A DNA stretch of 64,000 bases from Zancudomyces culisetae HAW-14-8 (taxonomy: Eukaryota > Fungi > Kickxellomycota): the NCBI GenBank assembly GCA_052426225.1, contig JBNJNM010000021.1:1736001-1800000 (forward strand), read 5' to 3'. Below, in pieces: positions 38,348-49,832 of the stretch; the stretch's first letter is position 1; every line of letters starts with the position of its first letter. Below the pieces are notes generated by a model. That model saw only the letters and a program-made list of their open reading frames with translations. It did not search any database and was not told the origin of the DNA. The position numbers and the translations under genes were made by a program.

Positions 38348-39403
38348 ATGGAGTTTTTAGACCAATTCGAAGTAAGATTGTCGTTTGACAATCTTTTGCA
38401 AAGTCTAAGTTCTTCGCAGCAAAACATCGAGAGGATAACCATTTTCGCGATCAAGTATCGAAAATTGGCGGAAAATTTAAGCGACTGCATCTTGGAGCGT
38501 TTGGAGCAGGTATTTGAGTTAATATTGAATAGCAATTACAAGTAACATGATTGTCAATCTCCAGCTATCAACTTGAGCTTGATGGTATAAAAGAGGGATT
38601 TTACCATTAACAACTTGCATAAATGTATGATTTCGCGTATAGCTACCAGTACCAGGAAGAATATGTATACTTTATATTGTGAATTCAATCTGTGATAAGG
38701 AGGCAAAGCGAGGCGAAGAGAGTTGGGCACAGATTTTTGATACGATAATCTTAGATATTCTCGAACAAGTAATTCCCAAGACAAAGGAGGGCGATGCTAA
38801 TCTCTTGACAGCGAAAAAGGTAAGTTATTGTAATGAATGCGACTAGTTTTCTTTTTTTGCTGATACTATAATTCTATGTATACAAATCAATATAGCTTGT
38901 TAGTAATTGGAAAAAAAGAGAGTATTTCAGCAAAGAAACGATCGACAAAATATCGAGACTTTTCCATGGGAGAAATATGTAGGGCTTTTTTTTCACCATT
39001 CGTACTTTTATGATGTTTTCCTTTTCATTTATAGCATACTGAAATTTGGGTTTATCATATTTTCCGTCATATAGCGGGTCTCAGGATGGTAAAAAAAATG
39101 AGATTATTCGCAAGATAGAGGAGGATAGAGAAAAGGTTTGTGGAATACGTTGTAATTTATATCAAGAATAAAGAGTGTTATATTGACACCTGAACTTTAT
39201 ACATTTGATTTCAGTATATAAAATTAAAGATTTATGATATTTTACAGCACAAGAAGACCAAGGAAATGTCGTGGATAAGAAAACCTGGTGAAGACTTGAT
39301 AGATGAATTCAGGGATGCTTGGGAAAACACCTCTGATCTAAGCCTAAATGAATGGGTTAGTCTCAACTGCGAGCTGGAAAGAAGCCGTAGAGAATATATA
39401 TAA
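38348..39403 (+). CDS. CTK3: CTD kinase I gamma subunit (Ctk3-like), five exons
   Basis: DQFEVRLSF...AIKYR...CILERLE N-terminus and KIEEDREK/HKKTKE..W..DEF..AWE C-terminus. Confidence 0.85.
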
Positions 39404-39967
39404 CACATACTAGTATTTTTTTTATTTCAATTTTGTATATTATCTTTGTTTTAAGTTTCTACAGTTAGTGTATTTTGTTGGTTATTGCCACTTTTCTGCT
39501 TTTATGTCAGAGGCCAAGTGCCTTAAACGATACTTTATTCAACCCATATTGTGTAAATACAAATTTGATGCCTTAGGATAAGCCTTGTTGAAATCAAAAG
39601 AAAGAACATTGTGCAAAATACGTGTGAAATACGTGTAAAATCTGTGTATCTTGCGCTGATAGAGGGGAATAGCACGATTAGATCAAACCTGAGAGTAAAA
39701 CTTGATATAAATGGTATATGTGCCTAACAAAGGCCTGGTTTCTTGAATTAATAAAAGCTCAAGGCGGAGCTGATATATTCATGGCTGCAATGTTATTGGC
39801 TTAATAATCGTCCCCCATTAAAAGTGGTTTGCCACAGGTTTTTTTATGCGTTTTTTTTTCGTTCAAGGGAAAAGTCGTATTTCAAAAAAAAATTAAAGGA
39901 TCACATTCTTTTACAAAGTTTAAACTTTTTGTCCAAAAAGTAAGTATCAAAGTCGAAACATATCAAA

Positions 39968-40801
39968 ATGGAGGAAGATAAAAAAAGTATCATTACAGTC
40001 AGAATCATCAAAAGCTTTGAGTATAAAACAGTTAAGAATTTAATTCTGAAGGTCGACCTTGTAAATACTACTGTAAAAGAACTTTTGGAATTATGTTTAA
40101 AAGGTATTTTTTTGCATTTATTATTACCACTAAATCTTAGCAATTTATACAAAAAAATTACAATTATCTCTTTAAATGTTTATTTTAACGACACTGGGAC
40201 GCCGGTTACTATCAACTTTTCTAGAGATTTCGGAAAAACCTGGTTTTGCACCATTCAGAAATGTGAAATTTGGTAAGACCTACTATATGAATTTGTATTT
40301 TTGTTTCTGTGTGTGAGAGAAAGGAGGAGTTGGAGGGGGTGTGGATGAATTTGCGATAGTAAATTTATCTTGTTTAACTCAACGTGTGATTGTTGTATAG
40401 ATACACTCAAGATATACAGCCAGCCATTCGGATTTAAGGTAAGTGTATAATATTTTACTTGATGGCTTTATGCATCCCAAATAAAAAACCTGGGCGAGTT
40501 TACAATTGACGTGATTTATAATGGTGTATATTGAACTGAATAGACACAAAACTTGATTATCAACATGGAGGACGAAGGCTATTTGCGTGACCCTTCAGCT
40601 GTTTTGGAATACTGTGGAATAAGTAAGTTATGTTGTTTTATTCAGCTGACAATGAGCTTTAAAGCAACTACAATATGGTTTTTTGCGACTTTGCACGTTC
40701 TAACATTTACATTTTACATCCTAGAAAACGAAACCGAAATATCACTATTTAACTTTGAAGCATATAAGAACTATAAAAAGAATCCTGTTTTGAAATGGTA
40801 G
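39968..40801 (+). CDS. AIM29: UPF0538/C2orf76/Aim29 homologue, five exons
   Basis: ITVRIIKSFEYK...PFRNV...DTLKIY...KTQNLIINME...ENETEISLFN..Y..YK.NP..KW. Confidence 0.9.
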
Positions 40802-41459
40802 TAAGATGGCGAACGGATATCAAGGCAAACTTTACGATTATATTTAGGTGCCATCCACTTTTCCGCGTAGAATTGGCATTTGATTTATTTATTTGCTTGC
40901 ACTTGGTAGTGATGAAATTGGTACAACTGGGTTTAGTGTTCAATTTGTGAGTATCATATAATAAAGAAATAGTTATTATTTGTACTTTATGCGTTTTATT
41001 TTATTTCATTTTAATGAAGCAGGGGGAGGAGGGAGAGGATGTTTCTGATTCTCTTCAGAACAATATAAATAAAGGAAAGGTGTTGTATGCCCCAGGTAAC
41101 ATGCTTTTTATGATATTCATGCCATCTTTGAAGGGAAATCAGCAGCATTTTTTGGAGATATATCTGGGGTTAGTATATATAACATGAAATACCCACTGGA
41201 GGCACTTAACAGGGTCCTAGCGCTACAATGCCCGTTACAGTTTTTGTTAGTATTTTATTGTATTTTTTTATTTTCAGCTGATTTTTTGGTGTAACTATAG
41301 CAAATCGCAGCTAACAAAAAAATCTTCAAAATTGTTTCCAGCATAAATAATCTAAATGTTTATCATTTTACTCTAAATTTACGAATTTCCACATTATATT
41401 TTCAATTCAGCTTTTAAAATATTTTTTAATTCTCCAGAGATTAACTATATAACTATAAA

Positions 41460-42270
41460 ATGTTGAAATCGCTACAATCGCTCAAAAGAACATCAAGGCT
41501 TCAACGAATTGTTACCAGAAGAGCACACTCTACCTCTGGACCTGCTCCGACCGATAGTAATAATCCTTCAAATTTTAACCAGCCGATTGAAGCATAAAAA
41601 TCGAGTGTTATATTCGATTGTTTATTTGGAATAATTTCTAATCATGCACTAAATAATTTAGATGGAAAATGGTGGAAATATACTTTTGGAGCAACAGCCG
41701 CATCTTTTGTTCTGTACGAATTGTCTATAAGATTTAGGGAGAATGAGGTATGCTTTAAATTAAAATTAACAAGAAAAATCCAATCTTATTCACAAATACC
41801 CTATACTGTCATCGTAGAACAATCCGCTCACAAAATTAATTGAGCGAAACATGCTCGATCCTAAGGAAGACGTAGAAAAAATTAGCAACGATGAAGTACA
41901 CGCCAAGAAAACAGCTCTTCTCAAGTAAGTAATCGTGCTTGCTCCAGAATTACAAATCCAAACAGTTTTTAATCAGTATTTATTTGTTTGGCTATTAACT
42001 GTAACTGTTATTGATAGACTCTTGACTAAGGAAGATCAAGTCGGAAAGAGGCCTGCACGCCTCACCAATCCAACGTATGTATCTCCCACTTATATTTAAT
42101 TTTTTTGTATATTTGCATTCTCTTTATCTGACATATCTCTTTTCTGGAATCTGGTAACCATAAAACTTGTAATATATAGATATCAAGAACACATCCCGTT
42201 CTATAATGCACCAATATACAACCCAGTTGATATGTCTGAAGTTGAAAAATACTCTACCATTAGAAGATAA
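41460..42270 (+). CDS. Mitochondrial single-TM protein, likely complex I 17.8 kDa accessory subunit, five exons
   Basis: Presequence MLKSLQSLKRTSRL..RRAHS, TM segment WWKYTFGATAASFVLY, then NPLTKLI and VDMSEV. Not in the ORF track because of introns. Confidence 0.6.
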
Positions 42271-42414
42271 TGGAATGCATCTTTGACCGCTTTCTTTACA
42301 TCCTTATAGTGAGGATTTTCCTTTTTTTAAAAATAAATTACTAGTTGGAATATTCATACCACATCCTATAACTCTTATTGAATTAAAATTCACACTTTTT
42401 GAAAAAAAAAAACT

Positions 42415-42630
42415 CTTTGTTCACAACGCATTGAATACTCATTTTCTGAGCCTTGTAGCTCACCATTTTTACTCTTGCAAGTCCCGGGTTTTTAGGCTGA
42501 ACGTTCTGCTTGTAGAAAGTAGCTCAACTTTGGCAGTATCGTGCTTATCGCCACACAGATAGTGTCTGTGCGTTGACACACCTATGTACCTTGGGTCACT
42601 ATCCGCAAAGTTGTACCACTGGAACCTACT
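42415..42630 (-). ncRNA. Candidate structured ncRNA (H/ACA-like)
   Basis: Several helices pair with G-U on the minus strand only. AGAGTA (ANANNA) follows the first domain, and ACA lies shortly before a T11 run. Confidence 0.4.
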
Positions 42631-43102
42631 TTTTTCTGACATCCATTGTTGGTTTGAGCGAGGTGTATTTAAGCACTTTGTTATTTTAACGTCTGAATAC
42701 TGACACATATGGGCTCACAACGAATAACACACATAAATATTGTTTTTATCTTGCTCTTTGTGGGATGTCTTCACCCATCCCCCAACTCCTGGCTAGGGTG
42801 AAGTTTTCTCACAGCAACATAAACATATCTCCCACGCATACCTCTAAGCTAGCTTTTCCAGCCACTTCATTTGCTGGATGTGAAAAAATTTTCCTGATTT
42901 ATCAAGATGCGATAAATGTTGCTTGGGCTTTACTAAGCGAGGTTTTTCAATTATCTGAGCCCCAATGACAAATTTGCTTTATGGGTTCACCATTTGTGAT
43001 TTTGTTTTATCCACAATTTTTTTCCATGTACTATCTGTTCTAATTTTCGGTTGCAACACCAAACAAGAATAAAAGATCATTTACGAATAATCAACGGAAA
43101 AG

Positions 43103-43716
43103 ATGAATGCATTCAGTAAGAGTATTAAGGAAATCAGAGTCCATCTGTCAAAATCCACAACCAGTCAGGGTCTCAGGTCAGTCTTGTTTTATTCTCTCAT
43201 TCATTTCTCCTCATAATGATGGGTTTTCATCCAAATTGACATTAAAAGCTATTTTCAAAAATTTCGCTTTTGTTTATCTCATACTGCCAACATACTGTTT
43301 GTGGGTTTATATTAACCTGGTAAAATATATCTTCCACTATAGATCATTCATTGTAAACAAATACAACGATATTAAAACTGCGAACCCAAAGGTCCCAATC
43401 CTGATTAGAGAGGCCTCAGAAGTGGAATCACGAGTTATAGCCCGCTTTGGTAAGTTTTTTCGTTATATTTTGGTTTTTTCTTTGCGTTCTGAAATTTAAC
43501 TAATCATACAATACATATTTGGATTTTTCTGTATAAAGCAGATCCTTTTTTTTTTTGCTTGAATAAAATTTAATCTAAAAACACATCGTCTACTTTGTAT
43601 TCTACGCTATAGATAAGGGAGTCGAAAAGAAAATAGTCGTTGATGGTTTGCCCGAAACTGAAGTTAGCTCAAAGTTTAACGAATTGGTTTCTGACTCTGC
43701 AAAGCATATCGCTTAA
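43103..43716 (+). CDS. NDUFA2: Complex I subunit NDUFA2/B8, three exons
   Basis: IKEIRVHLS..SQGLR/SFI..Y..IK.ANPKVPILIREAS..RVIARF/DKGVE. Confidence 0.9.
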
Positions 43717-44108
43717 TAACTTTATACCTAGTTTGCATTGGTATTTATAAATAGCTAAATATATACTTTATTGTGGCTACGATTGTTTGTTAGTAAAAAG
43801 AGAAATAAAAATTCCTATATAAAAGTTTATCAACCTGGCTTAAAAATTGTCCCCAAACAATAAAAAGCTCGAAACTCTGTTCAAAGGAGGCTAGTTGCAG
43901 CCCAGCGTCCTCTTTGCAAATTTCGCACCAAGGGCTCACCAGGGGATGTTGCTTATTGTCTGCTTGTTGATGTGTTACAGGCTCTGGAAAATAAACCCCG
44001 TATTTTGACACCTTTTGAGTGCTCGAAAGAAATAAACGATAACAAAAGTAGAGTACACTTCAAAAGCAGGCCAGGAATATAATGTTCTAACTGGTACATG
44101 GTCCCCTT

Positions 44109-44582
44109 CTACATGTAAAGATTGCCTTCGATGAAAAATTTAGACATATGCCTACCAGGGACAAGCACTGTTCCCACATTTCTGCTGTTCTCTGGATCAT
44201 TATATAGAATACAAACAAGCAATCAAATGTTAGCATTAATTGTTTGGACTTTCTAACAATTTTTCGCATCGATCTCGTATCGGAAATAACGGGGAATAGG
44301 CAGCACTGTAGATACATATTCCACCCATGCCTTTACGTCCCATTATAACATATATATGTATGGATACTAATATGGCTTACCGTTTCGTATTTCTGTCGTC
44401 TGTGACAACACAATATTTTGCATATTATCTATACAGATAAAATTTCCAACAAATACTCTCCCGTCAGTCACAATTATTTTTGCTCTTTTGTTGATATATT
44501 CCTCTAATTTTTTTCTCATTTCACCCCGCAATTCTTCCGGAAATGGTTTTTCATTGTCAATGTTCATTTTTATGTCCATCAT
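44109..44582 (-). CDS. MAK31: Sm-like NatC auxiliary subunit (Mak31/NAA38), two exons
   Basis: IIVTDGRVFVGNFICIDNMQNIVLS.T.E and RNVGTVLVPGRH. Confidence 0.85.
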
Positions 44583-44918
44583 TACTGAAATTGTTTGGAT
44601 CGAAAGAATCAATGTGAGAGTAGATTCCGAATCTAGATTTGTCTTCTGGTCTCTGTAATAACAAAGTAAAATTTCCTGTATCAGTCACTGTGGGTAGCTA
44701 AACAAGGTTTCAATACTGTTTCAAGCAAAGTTGGATTTATCAATACTTCAGCCCCTCCAAAAAAGAAAAGAAAAGAAAAGAAAAAAGCATATTGGTGAAG
44801 GAAATAGCCACAAGTTAAATCAAAATTTTATGGAAAAAATTGAAATGTATTTTATTTGGGGAGTTGAAATTTTTTATTTTGCTTTTGTTTTATACTTAAA
44901 GATTTCTCAATAACAAAA

Positions 44919-46167
44919 ATGACAGACCAGCCAACTATCCATTCAAAAATCTTGTACTGCGGAGGTAAGAAACGAACAAAGTAATCCTAATATACATACA
45001 AAAACTAATTACTATTTTATTTTTCTAAAAATTAGTTTGTGGATTCCCTCCAGAGGTAATCTAGCTATATTGCATTGGATTAGAACGCAATTCATATCAC
45101 ATATTACATGCTTTATTTTTACTAAAAACGCTCATTCAAGTAAAAAAAAATGCCAATAGTACTGCGAATTTGGTACAGCTAGAAACAAGTGCGAAAAATG
45201 GTTGGAAACAAACTACAGGGACATGCATAACGAATTGTATGGCCAAGAAGGTACCCTCTTTGTTTTTGCTTTGTTTTACTCCTTTTTTTATGGTATCCAT
45301 GCACTTTTCCTTATAATGTTTTGTGAAAACCGTATAATTAACATAATACTTATACATGAACAATAAAGCAATTGCCGAGAAGTTACAACAATTATCAGTG
45401 AACGAAAAGGCTGCAGAAAAAGTTGCAAAAGAGGAAATGAAGCTGCAGAAAGGTATGAGAAATTTGATTTTACTTTTATCCGCGAATATTTTTTTTTGTG
45501 GTTGGTGGTGAGGTGTAATTCCAACGCCTTAAATATTACAAAATAGCTATAACAAAGGAAGAAGCAAGAGCCGAGCGCGAGCATGGAAAAAAGATGGTAA
45601 AATCTTTATTGTTTATGTGCTGTTTTAGTTGTTTTTTTGCGCTAGCTAGAGAGTCGTAAATATTATGAAAACATACGAACAACGCTCATACCTACTTGAA
45701 TTTGACATCCATTACATAGTCCTCAAAAATAACTATTAAGAGGATTGACAGAAATAAGAGAAAGTTTGTTACCGTTGTATCCGGATTGGAGGTTTTTGGT
45801 AAGCATCTTTATCATACCTTCTATCGCCCTACTCTCTAATCATGTTTTTGGGGAAATAAGACTAAAATACACTTTCATGATAGAAATTGATCTCAAAAAA
45901 ACTGCCAAAACCTTTTCGGGACACTTTGCGTGTGGAAGTTCTGTTGGAAAAAACGTTCTTGGACTGGAAGAAATTACTGTGCAGGGCGACTTTGTCGACG
46001 AAGTCCGTGCAATTTTGGAAAAAAGCTATCCTCAGGTAATACTCCTCGTATATTTATTTGGCGTTTGATTCACTTATGTTTTCTGACAAAAATAATTTAC
46101 TATTAACTAGATCCCGCACGACAACTATGTGATTGTTGAAGAAAAGAAAACAAAAAAAAAGACATAG
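44919..46167 (+). CDS. TMA22: Translation machinery-associated protein 22 (DENR), intron-rich
   Basis: LYCG/VCGFPPE/YCEFG, RNKRKFVTVVSGLE, FACGSSV and EITVQGD (SUI1 domain). Confidence 0.93.
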
Positions 46168-47872
46168 CTTCAATTATTTACCTTTGCCATCCATTTTTTA
46201 TGTTAGCCTTACAAAACAGTACATTCAGGTTTCTCGATAGTGATAAAACATTGTTTACATGCTTATATGGTATTTTTTCTCCAACTTTTTTTATATATAA
46301 AAGAATGAATTATTCCTCTCAACGTCCGAGTTGCAACGGAAATAGATTTTTTTTCTTGCATCCGAATTAGCAGAAAACCACACTGTTTTGAGCCATATAC
46401 TCGTCTCAAACTGATTTCCCTTCCAGTTAAAATTGGATTAACGTTCATGCTTTTTTTTTAAAACACGTTTTGTGCTCAATTTGAAAGGGAAAAAGGGTGA
46501 CTTTTTAGGTAGTATTCCCACGGTACAGAATGAGTTTGGCTAGTCCCTGTTGATTCGATCTACTTCAGCAATAACCGTGTATAACCTGAAATAAAGACAT
46601 ATGGTAACCAGCTGAACCAGATACATGCATTGCTTCAGTAATAAGGAAATGTACATCTGTATCTTTTAAAAGTGCTTCAGTACACATTTTTTACTTGCCC
46701 TCCCGATATTCGTGCCACTCCTTTCCAAATCCCTTTAGTCTACATCACATAAACGAGGATAAACGTCCCCAGTGCTCTATTGCTTTTCGCTAGGTGAAGT
46801 AAAACTGCTTAAAGCATTTAGGAAATGTATTGCAGAATGTTCAAAAAAAAAAAATTAAAAACCGCCCGACCCCCAAAATTTTCTCTGCGCGTGTATGACA
46901 CATCACTACCAATGAAATAAACAACTCAGATCGTGTAATTTGATGCTGCACTTGTTTAGTTAACTGTTGTGTGTTTGTGGTGGCGATTTTTTGGGGGAGA
47001 AAGCACGGATATGCGTGATATCATAAGAGCCCATATTCGGAGAAAAATGTTTTTTTCTGAATGCTTAGAACAGCAGATGCATTATCGATGGAGATATTAT
47101 ACCAGAGTTTTTAAGTGAGTACAATTTCGAGATAAAAAGAAATGAAAAACATCGACATTTCTCTTTATAAGATACCAGAGTATCAGCAAAAGCACTATTT
47201 GCACACGAATACTTGACCAAACACCACATTTTAATACCTGTATCTAACTTTGAAACGTTGCTACAATAGAATACAGCTGAATAGTGTCAACTCGATTTTT
47301 GTGAGAATAGCAAGAAGTATAATACTGCGTAGTTAAACTTTTTTTTATAACTCAGTTTCATTTCTCACTCTTTCAAAGTTAAAATGGAGTGGATGAACAA
47401 GAAGGTAAAAATAAAAAAAAGAACGAAAGGGTCGTGTCGTTTTAGATATTTACACCAATCATGCCTTAAAGAGGTAAACTACTGCATTACCTCTTTTTTG
47501 AGCCAACCCACTTTGGTTCTAGAAGTAGGATATCTGCATCTCGTGATCACACCCTCTCCCCAACAGCTTAACCATGGCGTCAAAGCATTTTATTTTTTCA
47601 CTTTCTCCGTTTTTATTCCCAACTAAGATGGTATAAGAAATTTATTTAATTGGTTCAAAGGAACTCTCGATTATGTTTAAAGTGCAGATGTTTGCACCAT
47701 ATGTATTACCGGTACTTTCTCCACTAAGACAAGGGTAGCTAGTGCACATTCACCCCTAAGTCTCTGATAATATGTAAACTTGATACTGTAGAATTATCAA
47801 CTACTGCATTAAAACATCTCTATTTTTTTTGTTTACTAGCCAGTAATTAGAGAGCATGCTTGAATTCAGAAG

Positions 47873-47939
47873 CCCAAAATGGTAATACTAATAAAAGGAA
47901 ACCGGATAAAAAAGTACAGCTTCAAGCCAAAAAGGGTAA
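47873..47939 (+). promoter_or_regulatory. Two Mcm1/CArG-like sites
   Basis: CCCAAAATGGTAA (47873) and CCAAAAAGGGTAA (47927) fit CC-N6-GG-TAA. Confidence 0.35.
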
Positions 47940-48403
47940 CCTTAAAATGCTCAATTTGCGTAAATGTTCCTGTTCCACTTAGAATACATTTGATTATCCC
48001 GTTTGATTCAAAGGGCTAAAAGGGTTGGGAAGTTCTCCCTGCAACTGTTTCCAGTAGCGGCAAGAATAATGTCAAACACTAAATCCCTTGGTGCTAGCTA
48101 AGGGTCGACACTGCGTTTTTCTATAGCATAATTTTATCAGATTTTCTTGAATTTTGTCGTATTGATCAAAATTAGTCTTCTGAACTGATATAAATAGCAT
48201 TTCAGAACACATGGTAACTATGTTATAGCAAAATACCATTCTTTAAATAGCTAGACCCAAGAATCTACAAAGTTAAAAAAAAGATCAATTGGGAACTATC
48301 TATTTGAATATAGGAGGCTAAGCAATAAACTGGGCGCAAAATTTTGGAAATCCGATACAAGTTTTTAATTAACAAGTGTTTATACATTGGAAAGATCAGT
48401 AAA

Positions 48404-49832
48404 ATGGACGTATCGGGTATAAACTCTGGCACTGCTGGCCAATTTGATTTAAATGTAAATACTGAACTTAAGACTCCTGATGGCGAATACAAATATGATA
48501 TCGGCGACAACTCTGCTGGAGCATATAACTTTGGAAGCTCATCACAGGCATTGAATGTACAAGAAGACAAGGCTGAGAAAAAAGTGAGAAGAAGAAAAAT
48601 TACAATCGAGTTTATTGAGGAAAAGAGTAGAAGGCACATAACCTTTTCAAAAAGAAAAGCAGGGCTAATGAAAAAAGTAGGGTATTCCTCACTATTATCA
48701 CTACTATTTGTATACTCAATATTAGAATTGTGGGTTCAGTGCTATTTGGTTTTCATAGCAAGGTCTATGAAAGCAATAATACCCATTTCTCGTGAAGATT
48801 GAAGTAAATAAAAATGCCTCGAGCGGTGAAATATCACCACAATGACACATCTAATGTCTAACAAATATATATACCTTTTAGGCTTATGAACTTAGTAAAC
48901 TCACAGGAACTCAAATACTGTTACTAATAGTATCTGAAAGTGGGCTAATATACACCTTCTCCACTCCAAAACTCCAGCCAGTGATATCTACAGATGAAGG
49001 GAAGGCTCTTATTCATCGAAGCATCAGCGGAAGTAATGATGGTAACAGTTGTCTTGACTCTACTGAGGTCATAAAAAATGAATATCTCTATTGTGACTCA
49101 ACCGCGGGCCCTGCTGTAAAAAATTTTAGTGATATTACAAGCCTAGGGCTTGGGGTAGCTAGGGAGAACAACAACGGATACTCCAGTTATACACGCTATG
49201 TAGTGGGCAATATAGGCACAAATCAGTATTTAACTACCATGGGCAACACAGAAGATCTAACCTTGGGAAAGCGTAGCTATCAAGAATACCAAAATGAATC
49301 CAACATGACCCATCCATATCATAATAGAAGTGAGCCGCAGCACTCGATGGTAAACAATATTAATACATTGCAGACCCATAACGATAACATGATTACTCTT
49401 GTTTCAGACAGCATAAACTCTAAAAATAGCTGTTGCAACACCAGCAACACCAGCAATATTAGCAATCTTAGCAATATTAGCAATATCAGTAACATTAGCA
49501 AAATAAGCAGTAATAGTAGTTATATTGGTGGTAGTATCGGCAACAGTGGTGGAGATATTAATGATGGAAGTGGTGCAAGCAGCCACACAAGTCACATAAA
49601 CATAAGTGGTTCAAATTCAGTTAATGCCATACATCAGGGTATGCACCAAAGAAATATTGATACGCCACTACATGTAAATACATCATTTTCGCTTAAATCT
49701 GAAGCAAACGGTCATCAGGTTTTGGGAAATCAACACGGAATTTTACATGTTGATCAAACTACACTCGAAATTCATGGGAAAAGCAACCCGAGATCAAGTT
49801 CTGCAAAAAACACTTGGGTCCAAATGTTTTAA
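48404..49832 (+). CDS. MCM1: SRF/Mcm1-type MADS-box transcription factor, intron 48677-48881
   Basis: RRKITIEFIEEKSRRHITFSKRKAGLMKK/AYELSKLTGTQILLLIVSESGLIYTFST; long Asn/Ser-rich tail with SNI repeats. Confidence 0.9.

Noticed and set aside
42531-42542. 12-nt match to U4 snRNA (TGGCAGTATCGT)
   Set aside because: No U6-pairing 5' end, k-turn partner strand or Sm site.
42421-42725. RNase MRP RNA on the plus strand (AAGTCCCG ... ACACATATGGGCTCA P4-like pair)
   Set aside because: P1 and P2 are poor, there is no clean GARAR loop, and the G-U pattern of internal helices favours the minus strand. A cmscan would settle it.
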